Below, in pieces: positions 29,720 through 44,569 of a stretch of DNA of 64,000 bases. Source of the DNA: the human T2T-CHM13v2.0 reference genome, Homo sapiens. A program made the position numbers and the translations under genes. The stretch lies in assembly GCF_009914755.1 (NCBI RefSeq), contig NC_060942.1. One strand, given 5' to 3'. The notes beneath the pieces were generated by a model, which had not been told where the DNA came from, did no database searches, and saw only the letters and a program-made list of their open reading frames with translations. Each line of letters opens with the position of its first letter. The stretch's first letter is position 1.

Positions 29720-30310
29720 AGAAGATTGCTTCTTACTGCTCCTGTGGCTTCCAACAGTGCCCTCAATCCACTCTGATGCCAGAATGACCCTGTTACAAGA
29801 AAATCTGAACATATCACCCTCATGCTCAAATTTCATCAAGAAAACCATGGGCTGCAAGATAAAACTTAAAGTCCTTGGCATGGCATACAAGGTTCTTGAT
29901 GGTCTGGTAAGGCTCCATTTCTCTGTCCACCCTGGATCATTTCATTCCATTCATCCCACGTACAATTTTCCCAAGAAGTTTTGTACACACAGGAAAATCC
30001 TTCCTTGGCCTTGCAAATTCCAGCTCATTCTTCGAATATTAGTTAGGGAGTTCTCTTCCTAACGAAGTGTCCCCTAAGCTTCCCAGGCAGTCCTTGTCAA
30101 ATACTTTTTCCTGTGCTCCAGTTGATCATGGTACCTAGCTTTCCTAAGACAAATATCTATCATGACATAAATATTCATTTGCATGTCTGGTGCCAAATTT
30201 GACCCAAGCTCCTTTAGAAAACCACTGTGTTGCATTTGTCTTTATATCCCTCGTATCTAGCCCAGAGCCTTGTACATAGTAGGTGCTGAATAAATGCTTG
30301 TTCAGTAAAC
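29720..30310 (+). mobile_element. L2 3' fragment
   Basis: Ends in TACATAGTAGGTGCTGAATAAATGCTTGTT (L2 terminus); internal AAAGTCCTTGGCATGGCATACAAGG. Confidence 0.75.
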
Positions 30311-33300
30311 ATCGGGAGGTGAATCTTCAAGCTCTGATTCACCACAACCTCTATAGTAATATCCTCTAGTTAATATTTTAATAGTTCACACTTCTCTAAT
30401 TCTCACTTGTATATATAGTGAACTCTTGATTATACACCAGAGGATTATTCCACATTGTAGTTTAGTGTAGCAAATCTTACTTTTAACTTCTTGTTGACAT
30501 CACCAGCTGTTTACTTATGTCCTTCATTGACATTGTCGCCAATTCCATCTACTTTTACTCCTGTATGCAGCCAAGAGCATGGCAGAAGCTAGAAAGAAAG
30601 GATTTTTTACAAGTTACACATACTTATTTGCCTCTCCCTACCCAAGATTCTGGACTTAAAGGCACAAGAGATCCCAAAGTCAGAAAAAGGAGGTTATCAA
30701 GGTAAGCCAGATAAAAACAGTGATGAAAGGGGCAGCTACTTGAGTGATGGTGTGAAACGGGAGTACTGGGAACATTTTTCTGGGAAAAGGATCTTCATCA
30801 CAAACTACAAATCTTTGAATAACTTTTAGGATATGCTCCTCAACAAAGAATCCTACATTTCCACCTACTGTATCTTCTAAGCAGACTAGTGTTTTATAAC
30901 TTCTAACTTTTTCCATTTCCTTGGAGTCACTAACTTGATGACTGCAATAAATGGTAGGATGTTTAGGAATAAAACATGAGCAACTGCACACTCCTGAAAT
31001 AATCATCTATTAAACACTGTCTTCCATTTCAGACTGCTAGTAAAGAGAAAAATAAATACTTTAATTTCAGGCACAATTTTGTTTTGTTTTGTTTTATGTT
31101 TCCCTGAGTATGTGATATGAAACTATTTTTTAATGTCATTTACATTAAACTCTGGCACTGCTGGCTGTGCTTTACATTCTTCTGAAGGCTCCCAGTAGTG
31201 ATTCCTCTTTTAAATTTAAAAGCCTAATGAACCCAGATTTTAAAAAGTAGCTAATATTGGGTTGAGGGCCAAACAATATAATGATGCAGAGCTACTTGCA
31301 TTATTCCTGGAGCTATTTGATTTTGACAAGCCCACATTTGGTAATTAACATGAGAATGCCCCCTTGGGCCGTTCTCCTGTTAGCTAAAATATCTTATAAA
31401 TTACTGTAATAAAAGGGGAGAAAAAGGAACGCGCTGCCTGTCAATGTTTCAACTTATCTAGCAAGAGGAGGAGACAAAGCCCCGATCTGGAAACATACAG
31501 ATGCCAAACGGGAGCATAAATTCTACCGTCTGCCCCGATCTGAGAGTGGAACCTATTCAACAGCAGGACATGTGTGCGGCATCAGCTGAGTTCCCGAAGC
31601 AAAAGGTGTGTTGGTCTGTTGGATGGGCGGTCTTGGTAGGTTTCCTAATTGCCGCTTAGTCAGTGATATCACATTATCTGCTAAATGCCAGGTCAGTGGA
31701 CACAGTACCTACAATTGAGGAAGCAGCTTCATATATTCCATTTCAAGGTCTCTTGGTAGAGTTCAATAAATAATACCATCTACCAGTATTGTCAAATGCA
31801 GTTGAATTTATTATCCTAATCTAGATGAATGTATTAACATGGCCTAATATAGATTCTACGTGCATTTGTGGTTAAGAGTCAAATGTCTCCCCTCACTACT
31901 TCTGTTTGCTCCCATCTGGCTATGAGCTTGTAATCAGCTAAAGGAACTGGAAGTGGACAAATGAGCAGGTTTTACAGTTCATTTTCTTGAGGCTAAGATT
32001 TGGCAATGATGTAATTTTAATTCTGGCAAGAAGTAACAATCTGTGACTATTTCCTTAGAATTGACTTTTCAAATTCTTTAAGACCTCACTTTCTTTTCTC
32101 TTTCACCCACATAACCATTTATCATCTGATTATAGACATATAAGCCACTAAAAGATAATTATGATACAAGTAATAAATTCTTCCTAGGTAATGGAGACTA
32201 TTGTGTATCTAAACATATCCATATATGCAACAATGCATACAAAAATAAACTTTATTTTCTCACACTATAGTTTTACCTCCTGTTACCAAATCAACTTTAT
32301 TATCATCAATTTATTTTAATCTAGGACATTAACCACATTATTTTGAGTCGACAGCAGCTGCTGATTGAACAATAGTTTTCAACATTCTATTACTTAGGGT
32401 CTCTTTTTTTTTAATGTTTTAGTTAAAGGCCTGAGGGAATCAATGGGTATAATGTGTAGACTTATTGATAAAAATTCTGAGCCTGCAATAGAATATAGCT
32501 CAAAAATAGCTGTGTTTAATCCATAGCAGACATAATTTGCTACTAGGGCTGAATTTTAACAGGAACAGATCCAAAATCATGTCAGTGTTCCCATTTTTGT
32601 GCCACAGAGTAATGACATTTAATCAGGAATATTACTACACTCTTTTGGTGACAGCTGAGACACAAAACCAGCCAGCTGATGCAATTCCTGTCTTACTGCT
32701 GGCGGCCTATAAACAGCAACTACAAACAGGAAGCTGCCTTACCTCTTGTATCCTAACAGACGGAATTTTAAAGAACAAGGCTTGCAGAGTGGCTGCAAGT
32801 ACAAGTCATCAGGCTTCCTAAAGACTTCTGGAACCATCCCACAGTCTCCACACATCCCTGTGGCCAAAGGAAGCTTAAGGAGGAAACTGTTCTAGATCTT
32901 TTGATGTAATGGCGCTGCAGTCACCAGGTGTGAGGCAACATGAGATTTGCAGAATATAACCACCATAGCTACTGCTCAGTTAGATCGATGGCCTATAATT
33001 ACCTGGGAATTACTTGGACACAAATCAATGGTGTATTGTGTCCCATTCCTAATGAGCAGGGTAACTTTTGCCTGGTCTGTGAACATTATGATAAAGACAA
33101 TATTCCCATCTGCTTACTCTGCCTTCTACTACCTGCCCAAACTGCATCTGATGTAGCCCAGCAAGACTGGGGATGTGGGAAGCGGACTTCAGACAGCAAG
33201 GAATTGGGGGTGATGTGTTCCAACTCCAAAACAATTTTTATTGCAGCGGTTGCAGCTTTTCACTCCATCCCAATCTGGACTAAGACTGACATCTCTGAGA

Positions 33301-33881
33301 TAAAAGGCTCCATTAGATGTCTTCAGTTTGGCCAGCCTCCTCCCCTGGCCACGCCCCAAGGGATCCAGGCACATTCTGATGACATCCATCAAGCTCATGA
33401 TTCCAGCTCAACACTTTGCAGCAATTTCTCCATCTTCCAGCTACCACAAAAAGAGGGGTGGGAGGAGAAGATCCAAGCAAGTGGTGGGGAGGGGGTGCTT
33501 AGTGCTATTTGATCAAACACAGAATGTACGGCCCCATAACTAAGCTGCCACAAACACACCACTCTATCCTGTAATACTTCTTAAAAGTAAAGGAACTGAG
33601 CTGGAGTCCTGCTGGATTTCCCTTAGCAACTTGACAGGAGCCCACAAGGTCAGCTAGCAGGAAGCGTAGAAAATTATACAGTGGGGAATTATCAGCTAAA
33701 TTATTTCACTATACTCAGGATTTTTACTGTTCTTGCCAAGACAGTGGCCTCTTGCTACCCAGATTAGAAACATGAATAAAAGGACAAGAATGACAAAAGG
33801 AGGGGGAAAGAAAAGAGAAACATTTTAAATGGCTTCTTTACCTTATTTTATATATGTACACATACATACATGTATATGTAT

Positions 33882-33884
<3 letters not shown>

Positions 33885-33918
<34 letters not shown>
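33885..33918. repeat. (TG)17 microsatellite within a longer RY tract
   Basis: Read directly. Confidence 0.97.
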
Positions 33919-33923
<5 letters not shown>

Positions 33924-34999
33924 CTTTGTTTTGTTTTAATGCAACTCCTTGAGGCTACTGCCCAGAAATCCAACCTGCTTGTTTTCCTTCTCTGGCCATA
34001 ATGTTTCTTTTCCTTTTTGTTTGGGTTGGAAGGATGATGGGGGTTGGGCTGGAGACGGCTCCATGACCAGGTTTGCTACACAAGCCACAGCAGCAGGAGC
34101 AAGCATGATTTATCAATTAACAGGTAATGAAAAAAATTCTCTGCAATTAAAGATATGATTTTGCTCAAACAGGAAGCAGCACCATACAACTGTGTACCCC
34201 TCTGAGGAATACTCAGCTCCCGTCACTAATGTGGAGCACAGCTAATTTTAACAGAGTGTGTGTGGGCCCCTTGGGGGACTCCTTGTTGATGAAGGAATAT
34301 ACAGTAGGGAACCCCCAGAGGACCTAGCTGATTGGAGAGCCCCAGGAAAGGTGTAGGGAAATTACATTTCCTGTTTCTTAGGAGAGTTATTAAAGGGAAA
34401 GGCAGCTTTAATCACTGAAAGACCAGTTGCTGTATTATTTTTGATTTATATACCAAAACAATACCCTTTATTCCTTGGTTGCTTTTTAATATATATGTCA
34501 GCTTAGTCAATATTATATTTCAGTATAACATATAAACAGCTGTAAGATCTTGTTAAAAACGTGAAGGCTTTTGAAAGATTATACAAGATAAAATACATTA
34601 TTGCTACTCAACAAAAAAATCAGAGAAAATTAAAGTAGACAGAAATATTCCCCTTTTTCCCTTCACATAAATCAATAAGCTATTTTGTTAAAAGAAATGC
34701 ACCAAAAATTTCGTAATAATATATAAAAAAAGTTGTTGGCTTCCCAATGTTTTCTTCTTCTGGATATACAGTTTCTTTGGAAAGAAAAATTTCATTTCTA
34801 TGCAATTAATGCAGAAAGTGCATAGTGATTTGTTGATATTATGTTCATGCCAATTTGTTTAAAATACTTCTATATAGTCCCTATTTTACATCAATATTTT
34901 AGTAAGCTTTGGAGATAGAGGAGTTTTCAGATCACCTAGTTCAACTCTTTCACATTTCAGGTAAGAAAACAAGAGTCAGAAAGGCTAAGTATTAAAAAC

Positions 35000-35285
35000 A
35001 CAACAATAATAACAACAATAATGTCTAACATGGGTTGGGTAATTACTGTTAGGTGCTGCTCTGAGCTCTTTGCATATGTGACCTCATTGAATTCTTTCTA
35101 TAGCCCTTTGAGGTATTACTATTATTATCAATGATCAGTTTTATTGTTTTCATAGAAGGAGAGGTTCAGGTTGAGAAAGGGTGAATGACTCACCCAAGAC
35201 CACGTGAGAAGGGCAGAAGCAGGGAGTGGGAAGAGGGATTCCTGACTCCAGGGACACCAGAGTTAATCACTAGGCTACGCTGTCT
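35000..35285 (-). mobile_element. MIR, near full length
   Basis: CTCTGAGCTCTTTGCATATGTGACCTCATTGAATTCT...TGAGGTATTACTATTATTATC...GACTCACCCAAGACCAC. Confidence 0.7.
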
Positions 35286-37697
35286 CTCCTGTCATGCACT
35301 GATTACAGAGGTGTGGGCACCAGACGCCAGATCCTTTGTTTTGGAGTCTAGTAATAAAACAGAAAATTATTTCATTCCATTAGATTATGTTGAAATATTC
35401 TCCGCCCCAAAAGATCACCCACAGAGCTGAATTTCAAATTGAAAGTTCCTATATGAATTTGAACTGTTAAACCAAATGGGACACCACATGTGTGTGTGAG
35501 TGAGTGTGCCGAATGTGGTTGTTGGACTGGGGGAATACAAGAGACCTTGGGAAAAATACAGGCAGGGAGGCCTGGTTCCTGCTGCTGTGCCCTCTGACCT
35601 CCCAAAAGGATCCTCCTCTGTCTCCTTGTAACCTCCAGGATGAGTCTCGCCACACCACAGTCCAGTCCAAATCCGATTACGTCTATAAAAACAAGTGTTC
35701 CATTTCTGGTGCTTTTTAAATGTAATTGAAAGACTGCGTCTTCCTAAAACAGCCAAAATCTATAACCCTTCTTGCTAACGTCCTTCCTGAAAACTCCTCT
35801 GCTTGCCAAGGCAGTGTTAAAGAACAACCACAGTGTATGGCATGAGTGCAAATAGCTTTCCTTTTAAAACACAAACCAAAATAACCTTTACAATCCAGCA
35901 GCTATAAGTGGTGGAGAAGGCTCCTTCAAACCCTGCCCCACAGTATCACCTCGGGCAAAGGTTTCTCTACTGTTAGAACTGGGATATTTGGAAGTAGGCT
36001 GCCCCTACAAGCTTTGCTCTTGTTTCTTTGGCGGATTCCTCTGACAGTTCCTAACTGTATTATCAGGATTTGTCTCGCCGGTAATGGCCAATTCATTTGT
36101 ATTACCACATTTAGACCTTCCACTAAGCAGACAATCACAGGTATGAAGACTGGTCCCATGGAGTCCAGTGCAGCTGACTGATCTGACTGGCTCAGAGGAA
36201 AATGTCAGCAGGAAATCAAGTCCGTCTTCTTCATTTTTCCTGTCCAGATTCTGCACTTCCTTATGGACAAGCAGACAGACAGAGCACATGTGTGTGCACA
36301 CACACCTCCTAAATCCCAGCAGTGAGCCTCAACCTCATTGGGGAAGAACTGGGACAGACATCGAGTCCAACGCCTTCATTTAACAGCTGAGGAACCAAGT
36401 CCCAGAGAAAATAAGAGACTTCCATGTGTTAGTTAGTAAGTGGCAAAGCTAGCGTTTGATCCTAAGGATGCCTAATCCTAAGGCCACCGTTCTTTATGCA
36501 GCACTGTTTTACTAAAAGCAAAAAAAGTCTTTATTAATGGGGGTGTTCAGAAACTCTCCTTCTGTAAGCCCTTGTTTAGTGACTCCATTTTACAAGCAAT
36601 CAATTTCTCAGGTCTTTCTTAAGTAAGGACTTCCACACAGACATCCTCACCCACTGGGATAGGGCCTCCGCTGGTAGAACCAGACACAAAACAGTACCAA
36701 GGACTTCCTGGGAGACTGAGGAACCAGCAAGCCCAACCTTGCCCACATGCTTCATACTCTGGTCCAGTTCCAGGGCTGATACCTCCCAGGGATTCAACTG
36801 CTATGCTTTGAATACAACTGAGAATATTAAAGGCATCTACTCTCTCAGCATCTGAAAACAGAGGGTGTCAAAGACCTCAACATATTTCAAAGAACTTGTG
36901 AAGGAAAACAAATATCGGAAAGTTATTTTGAGGTTGAAAATTTTGAAAGAAAAAAGATAACCCTGAATAATATTCTAATTTTTATAGGTACAATTTGTAC
37001 CTATCTTTCCGTAGATGAGAGAGGTGGCACACGAGAAACGGATCATTAAACAGTAGTGTGAAACCAGGGAAATTAACCAGCTGCTGTGAAAGCCACCTCT
37101 TATTCTCTGAGAAAGAGAGTGGAGGGTGGGGGTGGGGAGGACAGAGCTCAGGAAAAGCAGGAAGAAAGGAGCTGATTTCATCGATAAAGCATTAGCTTAG
37201 AAGTCTGTGGACCATCTCAAAGCTAATGAACAGAAAATGTATGATCAAAAAATAATAGTTGCAGGTGACAGATCTTTCATACTTTTCAAATTATAATAAT
37301 TTTGTCCTGGAAGAGCCTTAAAGACCATTTCATTCAATGCCCCGATTTAACATAAAAGGAAACTGAGGAACTGAGGTTGAGAGAAGAGAACTGGCTTGGC
37401 CTCATTTCCACGTATCAATTTGGTGGCAGGAGCCTGGCCTTGTGATTCCCATCCTATCTTGTGCTCTACCCACGAACACTGCCTTACTCATTCAACAGGC
37501 CACAGGGCACTGGAGGGAACTCTGTTAAGTCCAGCAAGTAAGGACATTGTACAAGATGGTTGGGTTTTAGCTGCTGGGATATTTTTCTGTGCAGAAGAAA
37601 GGCAAACTCTTTTCTATATCAAGAAGAATCTATATGCCTGTTGGGTTGTTGAGTAAGCGTTCCATGTGCCTCCACCAAGTTAGTAATGCAAAAAGAC

Positions 37698-38016
<319 letters not shown>

Positions 38017-38359
38017 TTAAGAGCAAAGGAATCTGTAGCAAAAGACCATACAGGAAAAGTCAGTGCAGAAGAGCTGTCCCAGGGAAATATCCTGGTCTTA
38101 CAGTCCACAGCCCTTGGGAAAGGTATGACACAGAAGAGAGCTGCCATCTGCTGAGTGCCTCTAGTAGAGGTGTTACAGCCCTTTTCAGGTAAGACAATCA
38201 AGGCCAGAAATGTTACCTGACCTGCCCATTATTACACACAGAGAGCCAATATTCTAGCCCAGGTCCACTCCAAAGTCCAAGTTCTTTCTTTGGAACCTAG
38301 TTTGATTCCTTCAATCTACAAGTGCTCTGTGTTAAGTAATACAGCACTAGGTCTTTGAG

Positions 38360-38710
38360 TGCAGTGGACTGAATGTGTATGTCTCCCTCCCAACTCATAT
38401 GTTTAAATCCTATCCCTGAAGGTGGTGGTATTAGGAGGTATTAGGCCTTCAGGTTCTGAGATTGGAGCCCTCACAAATGGGATTAATGCCCTTATAAAAG
38501 AAATCCCGAATAACTTCCTTGCCCCTTCACCAAGTAAGGTACACGGAAACAAGCCACTGTCTATGAAGCAGGAAGCTGGCCCTCACCAGACACACAATCT
38601 GCAGGTGCCTTGATCTCCAACTTCTCAGCCTCCAGCACTGTGAGAAATAATTTTCTGTTGCTTATAAGCCCCTAGTTTATGGTATATAGCAGCGCAAATG
38701 GACAAAGACA
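38360..38710 (+). mobile_element. MaLR solo LTR (MLT1A-like)
   Basis: TG...GGACTGAATGTG...GGAGCCCTCACAAATGGGATTAATGCCCTTATAAAAG...CCTCCAGCACTGTGAGAAATAA...GACAAAGACA, with TG...CA termini. Confidence 0.88.
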
Positions 38711-41700
38711 CCGGGTGAAAGGAGACCATGGTATCAACTCATCATTTACATGAATTTGCTTCATCAAATCACAAATCAGAAATTTCTATCTACTCCTGAA
38801 TGAAATGAAAAGGCAGTCCCTTCTTAGCTTCCCTTTCTTATTCCACTCAGATACTTGGAAGAACAAAAAGGAAAGCAGCCAACATGAAGAAAAGTAACAT
38901 CTCTCGGCTGAGATTTCTGTGCCAAAGAAAGAGATAAAGCAGGAACAAAGTAACAAATTATATTGTCAGAGAAAACGTGAACTTTTTGATTGGGGATGAC
39001 ATTTATTTTAAGTGTGCAATGACGGCAGGAAATCTGTCAGGGTAAGACATGGCAGAGGTTTCAGCGTTTGTTAAGAGTGTCGTGGGAATTTAGCTAAAAC
39101 TGTTAAAACTGACACCATTGGCTTTTGTTAACACATTAAGCATGGGAAAAGTGCCAGTCAGCATATCCTCCATAGCATCAGTTCAGTTAAATCATCTGGA
39201 AGATGCATAAAACTGGGTGGGATAATAATGGCTACATTTTTCAACACATGGGGAGACAGAGGGGAGAAGGCCAGTGCCGTTTTGATAAGAATGACAAATG
39301 ATTCCTTTAAGATATAGCTCCCAACAAGGGAAAATGGGAGAGGGAGGGCATTTGTATTGGTCCTGTTACATTCCTGAAGATTTTTTAGTGTAGAAAACAA
39401 AGTGCACATACAACTGTGATGATGCCAAGATTACAGAATAATCGCTGATGCAAACACATGGGTTTGGCTGAAGTAAAATCAAAGGCCTGCTTAACATTCT
39501 GCTTTCAATGGACTCAATTACTTCAGAGACAAGCTAAGCGGCAAAAAGCAGAAACACAGATATTTACCCAACAAGATGAACAAAATCAAATCCAAAGGCA
39601 CTCTCGCTTCTTCAAGAAATCTTCAAACAGACCCATTACACAGAATCTTGCCTCACCTGATTCCTCTCAAGAAGCAGATCGAAAGAAAAGAAAACTGAAA
39701 GCTTAACAATGACAAGTGCCTCCAGCAACTCAATGGGTTCCAGCTGTTGGTGACCAGAACAATGCTTTAATGAAATGGCACCCTCAGCTTATTTGGACAA
39801 ACGTTTTGACTGAATTAGAGGAATTTTGTTCTCAGCACCCTCTGAGTAGTAAATTAAAAATTACGTGTTTGTTTCATGAAAAAAGTTAAGAAAAAAAGCT
39901 GGCTGTTTATATGTGATGTGCACAAAAGGTGTGGTGGTCCTGCCAAATTGTGCTAGAAAATGCAATACCTTTTAGTACCACACTACCCACATGCTTTGTA
40001 AGACCTTAGGTAATGAAATAGTCTTTGGAAGTTAGGGCATCCCCTGGGGGCCGTTCTTCCTTAGAGCACAGAAAATGGAAATTTGGTTCTAGAGTTCCCT
40101 TAGTGGTTCTACATGTAAAGAAAAGTCTTCAGTTGAATAAGTCTCTATGAAGTGAATAACTTACTGCTCTTTGCCAGAGATGGAAGCCTGTGTGTACTTT
40201 TACTTCAGGATTTACACTCTTTGTAGTCTACAGAGGCTCAAAGGTGGCTGGTCATCTGACTTGGGATTTTCTGGTTAGTTTTCAGGAGAGTGTTTATTGT
40301 CCACAGGTTAGGGTGTCTTTAATTTAAAGCCTTTCTTGCCCTCCTGGTTATCTTGTAAATGATTACTCCATGCTCAGCTTTTTCGGCAATACTCTAATGA
40401 GTATAAACAAAATAAGCCCCAGTTTTCCAATTATAGAGCCATGACCCTCTCCAAAACATCACCATATGACTGTCGGTGACCAGTGTAACTTTCCAACATT
40501 CCATGCGCTAGGAAGTTTTTGCTCATTTGCGCCTGTCTGGTTTAGCTGATAAAACACAGACACAGAATTAAGGGCAAAAACATAAAAATTTGCTGCCAAG
40601 AACTGTCTTTCTGCTATGCAAACATCATCTTGTGTAGCTTAAGACACTAAATGTTTTTCCTAAAGGGCTGTTTCCACCCTCCTCCCCCATCACACCAAAA
40701 AGGGAACATATGGACGAATGAGCTTGGACCAAAGGGATCCTGTTTTTTGGCTCAGCAGTAGAGTAGTCACAGAAGCACAGCACCTCATCAAATAAACCAG
40801 ACTGACACCGTTTGGACTTTACCAACCTAATTTCCTAGATCTTTCAAGTTCTCTCATCCATCTCTGGCTACTACCAAGCTCAGGCAGCTCACCAGGCATA
40901 GCACCTGGGTTATTCAGATGCATCACTACTGACTTTTAAAATTAATTTTAAAAAAGAAGATCAAGCAATTGCCATAAGCATTGTCTAGATTCAAAAATGG
41001 CTTCTCATTCCCAAACAAAACTGATTGAAATAACATCATCGGAACTGGCCTCATTCTCAGTGGCCTTCAATGGAATGACAGCTAATTAACACACGACCTA
41101 ATTCTTAATCTGCTTCCTCCCTGCCTACCTTGTGAGTTCTTGGGACTTCTTTTCTGATGACAAGGAGAATAGTACTTTCATGGAAAAGATGTGGCTACCA
41201 AGTCTTAGAATATCTAAGCAATGGAACCTTGAGAACCCAAGCCCAGAAGAGAGAAAAACTAGAGCCAGCTCACTACAAAATGCCACACATTTTAACCAAT
41301 ATGTTGAAATTTGATTTTTTTTTTTAGATTTTCATAGATCCTGTACATTCCCTTTTGTAAGTTATTTTTTTGCATCTAAGAAAGGTAGCAGAAGTATTCA
41401 TTAACACTACTTTGTGATAATTTCTATTAGTTTTAGAAATAAAATTCAGGAGACTGTTATTTAAGAGATTCCTATTTCACATGTGTCCTTTGGTTCGGGT
41501 TTTAAAAGCAATTTTAATGAACTATTCTAACAGGTTATGGTAATTCAGTTCCAAAGATATTAATCTGACTATAAACAAAATCACACCTGCTAGAGATGTT
41601 CATGTTGTTATCAACAGATATGCAGATATACTTGGCATTGACCTTCCCTTGACACAGACTACCATAACTAGAGGACTTAATAAGCATCTGATGCTCCGCA

Positions 41701-44569
41701 AAACTTTGAAATAACACAGCTAGTGTCAGCATGTACTTTTTATCATATTTTCTACATTTATACTCTTTTTTTTAGCATTTTGAACATAGTATCAAAGAGT
41801 GGATTTTCTCTAAAGCTAGTTTTATAGCAAATATCTTATCTATGCTTTGTGACATCACAGGAGTTTCCCTAATAACTGTGAATGCCTAAACAGAAATTTA
41901 TTATCATGTCAAGCTGGTAAGAGATGGGGATATAACTACCAATAGTTAGAGTCCTGTTTTTCATGTAGATGTTTGCTTTCAGGAGTAAAGAGATGAAAAA
42001 TTAAGGAAATATGAAGTGTGTAAGTAAATGAGATAGATTTTCTTGTGTATCTTGTAAACTGGCTCTGAGGACCATCAAAAGGTCTTGTTCTGGGCAAGGA
42101 TGGTTTTGTTTAGAATAAACTGCTAGCCTTCAGTTTAAAGTTCACCATCATTTTAAAATTAAAAGTGATATGACATATATAGTATTTGTAACTATCTTCA
42201 TGAAGCTTTCTTCAGATACCTTGTAGCAAAGATGCTAAGTAACAAAAATACAAATTTCTATTATTTTATACATTTCTATTATTTAAAAATTTAAAAAAGA
42301 AACAACGTGTTTTCCCCAATTAGAAGGGCCTGTAGAGACAGAAAGTTGCGATAACTATCCATAATAAATTCAGCCATCAAATTTCACAAGACTAGAAGCA
42401 ACAGAAATATTTTATGAGGCAATTGTTCAATTTGTCCTCTTACTAAGTGATACAATCAGTTATACCAATAAGCTAGTAAATATTTTCACTGGTACATGAA
42501 ACAACCTTTTGGTTGGTTTATAATTACAAGAATGATGCTAACTGAATCCTTTGCTTTGTTTCAGTATCCCTTGTTAGTGCCATAGACCTCTCTGTCTCTC
42601 TTGTTTTTCTCAAAAGCAATTTAGAAAATGCTTGTATTTTAGACAAAAGGAGAACATTTGGTGAAAGAAAATTCATCATTAGGTATCTAGAGGTTTGTTA
42701 ATAGAAAAGGCAACTCCCACAGTGTATCCTAGTGCTCAAGCCAGACACACACGCTCAGGACCAGCAAGCTGCCTTCACAGTGGGCCAAAAGTCATTATCA
42801 TAATTTTATATTACATAGACTACATTGAAAATTTAATATATCCCAGCAAAAAGAGACAAAAGACATTTTGCATAATGCTTCTGTGAGCGCACTCTCTCTT
42901 GCTACTCTTTTAGCCACCCCATGCAGATAATCACACCAGGAAAAAGAAGTTCATTACCTAAGCCAAATCAAAATTAGGCTTTTCTTTTTGATAGGGAACT
43001 TCATTAGTAAGCCCTGTCTTATACAGCTGGGAGATTTGATGAATCTATCTTAGAGTAATAATTCAGCACAATCAGCTACAATTTTACTTTAAGTTTCATA
43101 TCTTTATCAAGAAAAGTAGAAATATATAAACTGGATACATATACATGGATTTTTAAAGATGCTAAATCAAGACGCTAACTGAAATCACTTTTGGACATTT
43201 AAAACATTCCAGAGTGATAGAACAAACCCAGGTAAGAAATGCAACTCATTGCCATGTAGTTATCTATGATTAAGGCTTTAAAGAAAAAAAAAATCAAAGA
43301 AACCAAGGCTGAAACACTTGAAGTTGAGGAAAGCAGATATTTATTGAAACTATTCAAATGAAAACATCTTCACATTTTTAAAGTTAGCCTTTGCTTAACT
43401 GGAAAACGCAGGAGGAAAGAGTGATTTTAGAATCTCAAGATAAAGGCTAAAGATCTATTGTCCCTACATGCTGTCCAAGAAAATATCTACTGCAGTGCTA
43501 AGCCCCCATTTATATCATACAAAACTCAGTTATCCCACAGACGTGGAACAAAGAACTCCATTCTCCCCTTTGTGTGACTCACATATGTAAGTAAGTTCAC
43601 CAGCATGCAAGAGCTCTGCTGGCTGCAGATGACTGTCTGTGGAACTCCTCCAAGATCGCACCCTTTCATGCTGAAAAAAACTATCTCTGTAGCCCTGGTT
43701 GTGGACATAGTTTTCCATACTGTGCTTGAAGCTAACTTTGACTTTTGTAACCAGACTGAGGTTTCAATATCATGCAGGGCTTTTCTGGCCATTGTCCACT
43801 ATGTGTTCTCTTAACTACACAAAGCCAGTTAGCCATCAAGAGAAATATCAGTCTCCCTTTGCCATTTCTCCCCCTCTTTATTGACATCCCTGAATTTCCC
43901 TAAATATTTACATCAATATTACTGAAAGGATGAGAGTACTGAATTCTTGAAGGTTAAAACTTTTTAAAACAAATAACTTAACCTCCTAGGCCTCTTTGGT
44001 GTTATCGATCTATAGTTTTTGTTTACTCTCAACAGTGGCAAAACCTATGGCACAACCACCACCACCACAACCATCAACAAAATGAAAATAAAAAACAAAC
44101 TTCTTCCACTTCATCATATCGGATGTCACTTCATCCATATTTGAGTGGTAGGAGTGCTCAAAAGACATATTCCATTTGACTTAAGCTTGGGTCTGTCACT
44201 GAGCACGAATGACCCGAGTGACAAATCCTGACATCCAATATTGTGATGCCCAACAACCTCTTTTTGAGCAAGGACAAAAGACTTAAGAAGTACTTGGTTT
44301 AAGAGTTAACAGGACTAAATACTTTCTTACACTTCTACCTATTCAAAACACACTCTGAGCCTTCAGAAACAAAAACAGCATTCGAAATTCCAGCTTTTCC
44401 ATAGGTTTGATTTCACTTTTACAAATTAATAATATCATCTAATTTATTCCCTTCTAGTGTTTAATCTTCTTCTGGAAAACGCTATAGTTCCTAGTGCTTA
44501 GAAAGTGGAAATGAAACTGTTTCAGGCCTTCTAGGATATGACAACATGGGAAACCTTTAGAAAGAGAGA

